Shown here: piece by piece, positions 25,259 through 34,502 of the stretch
How the letters are laid out: each line of letters begins with the position of its first letter
Numbering within the stretch: the first letter of the stretch is position 1
Assembly: GCA_010093605.1 (NCBI GenBank)
Contig: MU004183.1
Coordinates: 2,170,001-2,234,000, forward strand
Length of the DNA: 64,000 bases
DNA from: Lophium mytilinum
Taxonomy: Eukaryota
Direction: 5' to 3'
Program-made: the position numbers and the translations under genes
The notes under the pieces: model-generated
What the model was told of the DNA's origin: nothing
The model's database searches: none
What the model saw: the letters and a program-made list of their open reading frames with translations, nothing else

Positions 25259-25969
25259 TCAATTTTCAGCAAATCTGAGCCCGGGTCCGCTAAAGATATT
25301 GCGTCCACGTGATTCGGAAACACTAGGCCAGGTATGGGGGCCTTCAATATAGATATTGCATCTCCTGGGATTCGTAACGTGGTCGTTTGTCCTGCCGTAA
25401 CAATAAATCTGGCAATTGACAGGCCCTTTAATATTGCTTGCACTATATGAGTTGACGTGGATGGTACAGTCTTCTGGGTTCGTAATAATGCCGCGACTGT
25501 TCGCCTGAATGAAAATGCTGGATTTTGCAACGTAAATGGTGCCGTAATGCGGTGTCACAGCAATGATGGTTGATTGGGTTGCCTTGACTATGAGATTTTC
25601 GTCGGGGCTGCGGATGGTGTATGATCCGTACAGGATATGAGTATTTCGTGGAGGAGGTGCTGATGCATCGAGACTCGGCGTAGGCCGCCAAGCTAAGTCC
25701 AAGGCAGGGCCATCCTCAGCTTCGGAGTCAGACTTCGAGTTGGTGGAGACTGTATCGGGACTCGGCTTAGCCTGCTGAGTGCACTCGAAGGCAGGGCCAT
25801 CCTCAGCTTCGGAGTCAGACTTCAAGCTAGTAGAGTTCGTAGCATCTCTGGTGTTGATATCGGAGTGTCGTCTACTGATCTTAACGGCCGCTAGCGGTGG
25901 AGTAGGAGTACACGCTGGTGAATGCTCTTGGGGATCATTCTGCCGTTGTGAGCTTGAAGCGTTCGTCAT
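25259..25969 (-). CDS. Orphan beta-helix-like repeat protein, tandem paralog of 24450-24965
   Basis: YGTIYVAKSSIFIQANSRGIITNPEDCTIHVNSYSASNIKGPVNCQIYC...NPRRCNIYIEG aligns with its neighbour. The N-terminus has a duplicated KSDSEAEDGPA motif (36-nt direct repeat at ~25701 and ~25788). Confidence 0.7.
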   Translation of the reverse strand: MTNASSSQRQNDPQEHSPACTPTPPLAAVKISRRHSDINTRDATNSTSLKSDSEAEDGPAFECTQQAKPSPDTVSTNSKSDSEAEDGPALDLAWRPTPSLDASAPPPRNTHILYGSYTIRSPDENLIVKATQSTIIAVTPHYGTIYVAKSSIFIQANSRGIITNPEDCTIHVNSYSASNIKGPVNCQIYCYGRTNDHVTNPRRCNIYIEGPHTWPSVSESRGRNIFSGPGLRFAEN

Positions 25970-26145
25970 TTCCACGGCAGGGATTCGGGTTCAGTATTCG
26001 CCCGAGGAGGTTGTGATTCACGAAGTGTGTACGGAGCTGGGAGGCCTGCGAGGTAATCATGTGTAAATTTCGGCTCTCAGCTACGCCCTCTTCCATTGTC
26101 AAGTCGTTCTAGGCCCAATAAAGCCGTGGTAGTAACCAGGGAACG

Positions 26146-26885
26146 TCTGACGGCGATCTTGCAGTGGATGGGGGATGAGGGGGTCAAGCAGAGGGTAGCG
26201 GAGGGGGTGCTAAGTGGGCGGAAGGTGTGTTTGGCGATTACGGAGGCGTTTGCGGGGAGTAATATTATAGGGGTAGCTTCTTCATCTATATAGCATAATT
26301 AGACCTTAAACTCCCCGCAAATTATAACTCAAGATTATAAGTATTCAAATATATTCTATAACTATTTTATTACGGGGTATAAGATAGAGAAGGGTTTTCG
26401 GTCATCTTAGTGCCGCAAGGGGAGGGCGTCAGACGAGGTTAATTAAGACGTTGTATTCAACCTATGGTGCATCATCGACCACCGCGTCTACAACCTCACC
26501 AACTTCGCCGACGCGCACCCAGGCGGCTCTATTGTGCTCGAGCAAGCCGCAGGTACTAACGCCACCGCTACCTTCTACAACCCGCACCGCCAAGCCATCC
26601 TGCAGAAACCTCGGGCGTCTCGCCATCAGCGTGCTGGACGGCGAGACGCCCGAGGTCATTGTGCCGCAGCCCGGCGACCTCTACCCCGTGCCCTACGCGG
26701 AGCCGCTATAGCTGCGGCCTAAGGTTAAGAGCCCGTACTATAACAACAGCCACTGGCGGCTGCAGCGGGCGTTAAGGGTGTTTATGGATACATATATGTA
26801 TCTAGAGGCGCAGGCGCGCGAGCGCAATGGGAAGTATATTAGCTAGGAGCTGGTGGAGTGCATGGCGGCGGAGAATATGCTGAGG
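26146..26885 (+). pseudogene. Rearranged, RIP-mutated, intron-less fragment of the b5/acyl-CoA dehydrogenase gene
   Basis: 26146-26460 matches ~15235-15552, with ~75 nt replaced by an AT-rich filler. 26461-26885 matches ~14165-14261 joined directly to 14747-15070. It carries in-frame TAG stops and frameshifts. Confidence 0.9.
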
Positions 26886-26988
26886 AAGTAGGGCCATTCT
26901 AACTAAGCGCGCACACTTCAAATTGGAACGCTTGCCGAACGTCCTTCCTTCCCCACTCTCTCCACTTTCTTCCAATCCAACAGCGATC

Positions 26989-27247
26989 ATGCCGCCGGGA
27001 TCCTGGGCCTGCCGACAACACCAGACTGACAGCCATGCTTGGAGATATTGCTCCCTGAATCCTGCTCGTATCCAGCCTGGTACTCTCAAGAGAGATCGAG
27101 GTGCTTTTGAATTGGATTCCGTGAGTATCCCCGCCTTTTGCTTATGTTTTTACTAACAGAATCTAGGGATTGCAGGGTGTGCTTGATAGGTTGGACCTTG
27201 CTAAAAAGAAGGTAGCTGTTCTTGAGTCCCAGCGTCCGCCTGTATAG
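26989..27247 (+). CDS. Putative 70-aa micro-protein with a CX2HX4HX4C zinc knuckle and short coiled coil
   Basis: Exon 26989-27120, intron 27121-27166 (GTGAGT...TACTAAC...TAG), exon 27167-27247: MPPGSWACRQHQTDSHAWRYCSLNPARIQPGTLKRDRGAFELDS-GLQGVLDRLDLAKKKVAVLESQRPPV*. Confidence 0.55.
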
Positions 27248-27372
27248 CACTGTCTGAGGCCCACCAGTATCCTGTTACTATTTGAAAAACGACTAAGTTG
27301 GCGAGCCTGTAAGCTCTCCGGGCCACCTCAGACGGTTTTGAACCGCTTGAGTGTACCGTAATTTACCCTTGC
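27247..27372 (+). repeat. Copy of the ~95-bp element plus flank; direct repeat of 23583-23708
   Basis: See the alignment with 23583. A second shared block, CGAAAGAAGGAGAGCCTC...AGCATTT, occurs at 24041 and 27443. Confidence 0.75.
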
Positions 27373-27888
27373 AGTCACCTGCACGCTAACTACAGGATGC
27401 GAGAAAAGGTTGTAGAATCTGAAAGCTCCGTGAACGAGAAATCGAAAGAAGGAGAGCCTCTGGAGCATTTAATGCAGCGGAGAACACATCAGCAATGTTG
27501 TAGATGATCCCGAATGACAGAGACTGGGTGCAGATTCAGCGTGAGGGATGATAGTGGCTAATGGCGAGTGTCAGCTGGCATATGAATGAGTTTTGTTGAG
27601 GCATCGATAGCCTGTCACTCGTAACAGCAGTCATTCTTGATGCGTGGATGTTGGTTCAGCGACAGGTCATTCGTGGTGATCAGAGAGTGATGGGCAATCA
27701 AACCCCCTTAGATTGTAGGCTGCCAAGCTCAGTCACGTGGATTACCGTGGTGCTCTAAAATCGCCCACGGACCCGCAACCAAGTTCGTTCGTCATTCCAA
27801 ACCGCAACACCTCGACCCCCCCTCCTTCTGTTACAACCTCCACCCATATTTCTGCTCTTCTCCTCCCCACACTCAAGACTCCGTCGCC

Positions 27889-29099
27889 ATGGTCGGTGCT
27901 ACTACAACTCCCGAATTGAAGACGGACCCCAAGTACGATGACTACGACTACCCATATATTGCCCCGGAACCTCAACCAGGACATCCTGGCTATACCACTC
28001 CAGCGCAAGATGCGCAGGTCTTCCAGCTGCGATCCATGCTCGAGGGTGCTGGAGTCACCGAGCGACTAGATACTCTGACTCTGGTGAGGTCTCCGCTCTT
28101 CTCTCCGCTCTATCTAGCCTGATTAACTTTTTTGTAGCTCAGATTCCTGCGAGCAAGAAAATTCAACGTCGAGCTCTCGAAGCAGATGTACGACACAACT
28201 ATCCCTTTAAACAAATCTTCAGGCGTTTACAACTCTCAGGTTCCTCGACTGCGAGAAATGGCGGAAGGAGTTCGGTGGCGGTGTAGATCAGCTCCTGCAG
28301 ACCTTCGACTACAAGGAGAAGCCCCAGGTCTTCGAATACTACCCGCAATACTACCACAAGACGGACAAGGTACGCCTGGCTTTAACATGTAGTTGGATTG
28401 TGCTGACCGACCCAGGACGGCCGGCCGGTGTACATTGAGCAGTTAGGAAAGGTCGACATCACTGCGATGTACAAGATAACCACTCAGGAGCGCATGTTGC
28501 AGAACCTGGTCTGCGAATATGAGAAGGTCGCCGATCCTCGCCTTCCTGCTTGCTCTCGGAAAGCTGGCCATCTCCTTGAGACATGCTGCACCATCATGGA
28601 CCTAAAGGGTGTCGGAATTTCGAAGGCGTCTTCCGTTTACGGTTATATCCAAGCAGCTTCTGGCGTTTCCCAAAACTACTACCCCGAGCGGCTCGGAAAG
28701 TTATATGTCATCAACGCGCCGTGGGGCTTTTCTGGCGTCTTCAGCTTCGTCAAACGCTTTTTGGATCCCGTCACGGTGAACAAAATACATATCTTGGGTA
28801 GTGGCTACGAAAAGGAACTTCTCGCGCAGGTTCCTGCCGAGAATATGCCAAAAGCATTTGGCGGCACCTGTGATTGCCCAGGCGGCTGCATGCTGAGCGA
28901 CGCTGGCCCATGGCAAGATCCCCAGTGGGTGAAGCCCGCCAAATGGGAGAAGAAGCAGGGCGCCACGGACGGTGCATCCGACGCTATCGATACCTCTGCC
29001 CTGGGTGGAGCTCCAGTAAAGACAGAAGAACAGGCTCCGCTCAATGGCAAGGCACCCGAGACTGGTGAGGTCACTGCCGGTGCCCCTGCAACAGCATGA
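27889..29099 (+). CDS. SEC14: Sec14 phosphatidylinositol/phosphatidylcholine transfer protein (CRAL-TRIO)
   Basis: [42 protein letters not shown] and [22 protein letters not shown]. Three introns. Confidence 0.96.
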
Positions 29100-29494
29100 T
29101 AGACAACCATCTCGTTTGCTGTTTTGGAATACTCTTTTCTACCATTGTTTCCTCATCACGTTATCCCTCCCCAGCCTTCGCAGGCACGTTAGAGTGGATA
29201 TTCTGGACCTTGGATGATGGCGGGACAAGATGTGCAGTGTGCAGCATCGTGCTCAGATTACATAATGCACGATCATCATGACCAGGACACTGTCACTTGT
29301 TTCATTGTGATGTATTCCTTTGTTATTTTGTGGTATTCTGCGAAGCACCCACCTTTGTCCTGAAGTCTCATCAGAGGCCATTGTCTAATTACACTATCTA
29401 CGTCCAGCTAATACCACATGCATTATAGATTACAGATTGAAGTTCTCGATCACGGAAACTACTAGTAGTGCTAAAAGTAAGTGACAACGACAAC

Positions 29495-30901
29495 ATGGCG
29501 CAGCAAGATTCCCCACCAGGCCCCCAAAAGTCTGCCTCTCACCCTACCCTTACATTCCGAATCTCCCTCGACTTCATCCTCATTGGCTCCAAAGCCGCCT
29601 CCGCCCTCATCTACGAGCCCTCCGACCCCCATCGCCCCATCTACGCCATGCGTACCCTCCTCCAACATCTTCTCCACCCAGCCCCAACTAACGCAGACGA
29701 AGATCTCCGAGTCCTCGACATCCAACTCTCCCCCTTCTCCCTCCTCAACCTCTCCGCTCTTAACACCACAGCCTGGACCCTGATCCCCTACCCCGCTGCC
29801 ACTCTCACGCCCCACTCCGCCCTCAAACTCCCAGACACATGGTTCCAAACCGGCATCCGCCTCCAAAGCCCACCCTTCGCCCACGATGACCCTCGCTTCA
29901 GCTGCCGCGAACAGCTCTGGCACATCCTTCGCGCGCTGCACGCCAACTTCGACAATGCGAGCCCCGACTTCCCCTTCCGGCTCCTCGTGAATGAGAATTG
30001 CTCCTACAACATCCGCGTCAGCATCGGCGACGACGACGACAACAGCGCGAAAAGAGCGGTAGACACGGTGAGTCGCGTATGGCAGCTACTCACCGGCTTC
30101 GAACGACTCTTCGCGCAGATCAGCACAATCAGCCGGCTCGCAGGGTCGTGGCAGCCGAGCGCGTTTTTCAGGCTGCAGGACGGCGCGACGACGCCGCTGC
30201 AGTGGTGTCATATCATCCGTCGTGCAGCAGCGGAACCCGGGGAGTTAGCGGTGCTGGGGCGGGAGTTTCAATGGGCGGGTAGAAGGAGTGGGAGAAGGAA
30301 AGGGTGGGCGTTTGATATCGATGGGGTGCGGGATCAAGGGGCTGAAAGGGGCTTCCGAGCGAAAGAGATGGCGGAGGTTGACTTCAGACAGCATAGGGGT
30401 ACGCTGGATTACACGGATGTCGTTGCTTGGCTTGATGTTGTTGCGGCGATGGTGGATAGCTGTGCACGGAACGCGGATTCGGTGGTAGAGGAGCTGATAG
30501 AAAGGCATGTTGGGGATGACGCGTTTTCGCCCCACGACCTCCTTTGTGAGCTTGGCACGCGTAGGTCTACACGAGATCACTATCGCTGGCGTACCAGTGG
30601 CCAGGACAGTGAGAATGGCACCGCAGGCGCGGAGCGAAGGGAGAAGATGCGAAGGGCGACTGGGGAGGGAGCGGAGGTCGTAAGAAGAGTTGAGACGGAG
30701 AGGTGGTTGGATCGGAGGGGGGATCGGGTGGGGAAATTCATTGGGCGGTATGAGCGGGTAGGCGGATTTGGGGATTTGGGTGCAGAGGGAGAGGTTGAGA
30801 ATGAGGACGATGAGAACGTTGAGATGGGGAAAATGGCAACAGAGGTAGAGGCGATTTTGGGAATGCTTGGATACGAAAGGATGTCGCATTTTGGGATGTG
30901 A
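29495..30901 (+). CDS. Putative amidoligase-family (COOH-NH2 ligase-like) protein with degenerate catalytic motifs
   Basis: Motif order TFRISLDFIL / GIRLQSPPF / NENCSYNIRVSIG / VDFRQHRGTLD..VVAW parallels the fungal amidoligase-like pattern (GvElEf / ElvSP / CGlHVHv / iEFRqh.gTld). Single exon. Confidence 0.6.
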   Translation: MAQQDSPPGPQKSASHPTLTFRISLDFILIGSKAASALIYEPSDPHRPIYAMRTLLQHLLHPAPTNADEDLRVLDIQLSPFSLLNLSALNTTAWTLIPYPAATLTPHSALKLPDTWFQTGIRLQSPPFAHDDPRFSCREQLWHILRALHANFDNASPDFPFRLLVNENCSYNIRVSIGDDDDNSAKRAVDTVSRVWQLLTGFERLFAQISTISRLAGSWQPSAFFRLQDGATTPLQWCHIIRRAAAEPGELAVLGREFQWAGRRSGRRKGWAFDIDGVRDQGAERGFRAKEMAEVDFRQHRGTLDYTDVVAWLDVVAAMVDSCARNADSVVEELIERHVGDDAFSPHDLLCELGTRRSTRDHYRWRTSGQDSENGTAGAERREKMRRATGEGAEVVRRVETERWLDRRGDRVGKFIGRYERVGGFGDLGAEGEVENEDDENVEMGKMATEVEAILGMLGYERMSHFGM

Positions 30902-31250
30902 TCTAGTCAGTGCTGGACTAAGCTTTAGAGAATGGGCTGAATCTCGCTTAATCATCTCGCTATTGCTCTGCTTTCCTGTGGAGTGTCAAAATGTTACCCT
31001 TGTTACAGTCCTAGGCCACAAGTCTAGGCACGGGCTCGCTCCAGTTTGTCCACCCAACACCACTGTTTGGGGTAGCCTAGCTGCTGAGCAGGCAATTAGT
31101 CAAGAAGCAGTCCAGTCTGCACTGCTTGAAGCTTGACATCGCCCTTGAGTCTTCAAAACCCCGTGGGGGTACCCCAAGCAGTGGTGTACCATTGTGCCCA
31201 GACTTGTGGCCTGTCACTGTACGCTGTCTGATATCTAGCTCATGGCAATA

Positions 31251-31500
31251 ACATGCCAGGATCGACTTCAGATCGCACGGACTGGCTCCCGTTTATACTC
31301 CAGCTTCTCACGGCGTCCAAATCAGCCTATTTCTTAGCTCTTGATCTAGGGCGACTAACAGTAATATGCCAAAATCGACCTCAGATCGCACGGACTGGCT
31401 CCACTTCATACATCTCACAACACCCAAATCAACTCTTTTCTCGAGTCTTAATCTAGGGCGTCTGTCAATAGCATGTCGAAATCGACTTCAAATCGCACGA
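31251..31500. repeat. Degenerate tandem repeat, ~110-bp unit, ~2.3 copies
   Basis: ATCGAC(T/C)TCA(G/A)ATCGCACG at 31261, 31374 and 31481. The ATCTAGGGCG block is also repeated. Confidence 0.85.
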
Positions 31501-31713
31501 TATTCTTTAGAAGAGCATATATTCTCATGAGTCTGCCGAGGGGGCCTTCAAGGATCTACCAACTCCCGTCCATGCATGCAGTCATCAAAAGCACGCAAAA
31601 ACACATCATTTACCGCTGTAAAACCTAACATCATCCCATTACTTCATCAAACCATGCAAGCTAATTATATACACCCTCATCCCACCTCAGTTCATCTCAT
31701 CTCATTCATTACA

Positions 31714-34502
31714 TTATAACACCACTCCCACAACCGCCATCAGTCCCCCAAACACCTCCCACGTCCACCCCCTCAACCTCTCTCCCGCCCCTGTAAACTG
31801 CGCCGGCGCCTCCCCCGTCTGCGTCCCCGATGCCCCAGCCCCCGTCACTATCAACACCGTGCTCGTCAACGACGGCGCCACAATCACAACCCCACTCGGG
31901 CCCACACTGATCGTCGTCCCAGACACCGTGAGCGCCGGCCCGCCGACCGAGAGCGTCGTGCCAGGCGCGAGGACCACAGCGCTGCTCGTCGGATCAACGG
32001 TGAAGGTCTGGCCGCCAGCTGTGATCGTCGCAGAGGACGGCTCGGAGACCGGCGTCAGGGGTATCGTCTGTGTGCCAACGACGATGCTAGAGCCCGAAGA
32101 GGGGATGAAGACCGGCGTTCCTGAGATCGTAGCCGTCGCGCCGCCGGGTGTGAGTGTTGTGCCGTCCACGACGAAGCTCGGGTTCGCGGGGTCGGTGGGG
32201 TTCGGGATGGCGGTTATAGAGCTGCCGCCTACCGTGATGACGGGGGGCGTGGGTGTGGCGTTGGGGGTGGGCTGGAAGGGGATGGTCTGCGCACCTGAGG
32301 GGCCAGAGATGATGACGCCGGTGGTGCCGACGCTGAGGATGGTAGAGCCCGGAAGCGTGATAGGGGGTGCGCCAGGGGTGAGGGTGGTGCCGGGGCCGAT
32401 GGTGACGCCGGTCGTGGGGTCGACGACGAGAGTGCTGGAGCCGAGGGTTATGGTGGCGGAGGTGAGGGTTGTGATGGGAGGGGCGGTGATGGCGATGCTT
32501 GAGCCTGGTACTGCGGTAATGACGACGAGGGAGGAAGCTGGGGGAGCGCCTGGGGCAGAAGATGCGGGTTGGCCTGGGCCGCTTGGGTTGACGACACTTG
32601 TAGCTGGATTTCCTGGATCTACAGCACTTGTAGCTGGATTGCCTGGATTGCCTGGATTGCCTGGATTGCCTGGATTGCCTGGATTGCCTGGATTGCCTGG
32701 ATTGCCTGGATCTGCAGCACTTGTAGCTGGGTTGCCCGGATCTGCAACACTCGTAGCTGGATTGCCTGGGTCAACGACGCTTGTACCTGGGTTGCCTGGG
32801 TCAACGACGCTCGTGGCCGGATCGCCTGGACCAACGGCACTCGTAGCTGGATCCCCAGGATTTGCAATACTGGTAGCTGGATCTCCAGGGTTTGCGACAC
32901 TCGTAGCAGGATCGCCTGGATCAGCAACGCTCGTACCCGGATCAATTACGGTGCCAGGATCTGCAGTAGACGCTGGAGGAGCAGGATCATTCGTCGAAAC
33001 CGGAGGGGGGTCAGCAGCTGAGCTTGGTGCTGCTGCAGTAGTGGTGCCCGGATCAGCTCCCGTTGTTTGAGGAGGGAGATCTGAAGATTGAGCTGGTTCC
33101 GCAGGCACTGATGTGGACGTAGGAATCCCGAACGGCGCAGTCTGCACAGCGGTAGGCGGATCTGCCAGACCGAAGAAACCAAGAGAGCAAGTCGACCAGG
33201 AAGGATCCAATTGGCGAATAGCCGCCGGCATTATTATCTGAGGGAAATACTCGTTGTCGTAGACCACGGAGCAAGGTGGAAGTCGAACTTGACAGGCAGG
33301 CTGGCCATAGTATGCACTGTATGGGATTGGTGTGTTGAAATCCGCGAAGTTGAAAGAATAGGGGATATCGTTCTTTGGGTATCCTCGCATGCTCTGGACT
33401 TCGCTCGAGGGAAGCGCGATGAGCGAACCGTAGTGAGTTTGACCGACCGCCCCTCCACATGGATCATGAGCAGAGGCCGTCGCGATGGAAAAGTACACAT
33501 TCCCGGCATAAAGCGTTTGCCCATTCACCACTCCGTAAGGCCCCGTGGTCACCGGATTGTACGCTGCTCGATATCAACCCTGAACGCAATTGGATATATA
33601 GCGCTAACGGAACTTACTGGTAGTAGGATAATCGGGGAAGCTTGTAGCGACACCACCAGCAGGCCAGTCGGTACACAGGTCTCGCGTCACGTTTGCAGTG
33701 ACAGGAAAGTAGTACACGTCAATGCTAGCCGGATCAATGGTACACCTAGTGCTGACTGCTTTACAGTTGTTGCATGCTGGCTCGCTGGGTGACGGCGCGG
33801 TCGTTATGGCTGCGCTCGCCCACACACTCGATGATGAGCTATAAGAACTCCATAGATTTGTGCAGTCGGAAAGGTCGACAGAGCATGTGGGAGAGGGCAC
33901 GGTGAAATCTGGGGTCGTAGAAGTGAGAGTCGTGAAGGCGTAATTGCTTACGTCTACGCTCGTACTCAAAATGGTATGAGATCCTGCGTAGCATATCGTC
34001 CCACAGCTTGTGTGGCACGTGTCTGACGCATAGATTGTGTCGGTTACCGTATAGTCGACTGTTCCGGTTGAGAGGAATGTTGTGTAATCCGATGGGGTAT
34101 AGCTTATGGAAGCCGATTTCCACGATGATAATAAGCTATCGCACGCACTTGCATATGAGCTTCCTGAAGGGCTGTTATTTGTTGGTTCCCTAGCTAAGGC
34201 AACCGTCGGGCCTCCCATAAAGTGCCAGGTGAGCACCGTGCCAGACCCCAGACGTGGTCACTCGTGAGATGGAACAGGGCAAATCGAAATTTCTCGTACC
34301 ACTACCGATAGAAGCGAGCGAGGTAGGGCTGCTCGACGCCGTCCAATTTCCCGTCGCTGTTACTGAAGGCACGTGTAAGCGACAATCCTTTGCGCAATTC
34401 CCGCGATCCGAGGCTGGTGTTCTTACAGGTGGAAGTTTGCGCCCTTGCCGTCCACGCAGAGCACCACGCCACCAATGCTATCTTCCAGTGTATCTCCAAC
34501 AT
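31714..34502 (-). CDS. Secreted, probably GPI-anchored Ser/Thr/Pro-rich cell-wall protein with Cys-containing N-terminal domain
   Basis: Signal peptide MLEIHWKIALVAWCSAWTARA at 34502, Cys-rich N-terminal exons, ATSVADPGDP and PGN repeats, TLTPGG.A.T.SGT repeats, and a QFTGAGER omega-like site followed by a hydrophobic tail. The 5' exon boundaries are uncertain. Confidence 0.85.
32590..32945 (-). repeat. Coding tandem repeats: 8 x 9 bp (PGN) at 32634-32705 within ~30-bp units (ATSVxDPG[DN]P)
   Basis: Perfect (CTGGATTGC)8 flanked by degenerate 30-bp units. Confidence 0.95.

Noticed and set aside
31859..33070. 403-aa plus-strand ORF with GLP repeats (collagen-like)
   Set aside because: It is the antisense shadow of the repetitive cell-wall gene, and its start is not ATG.
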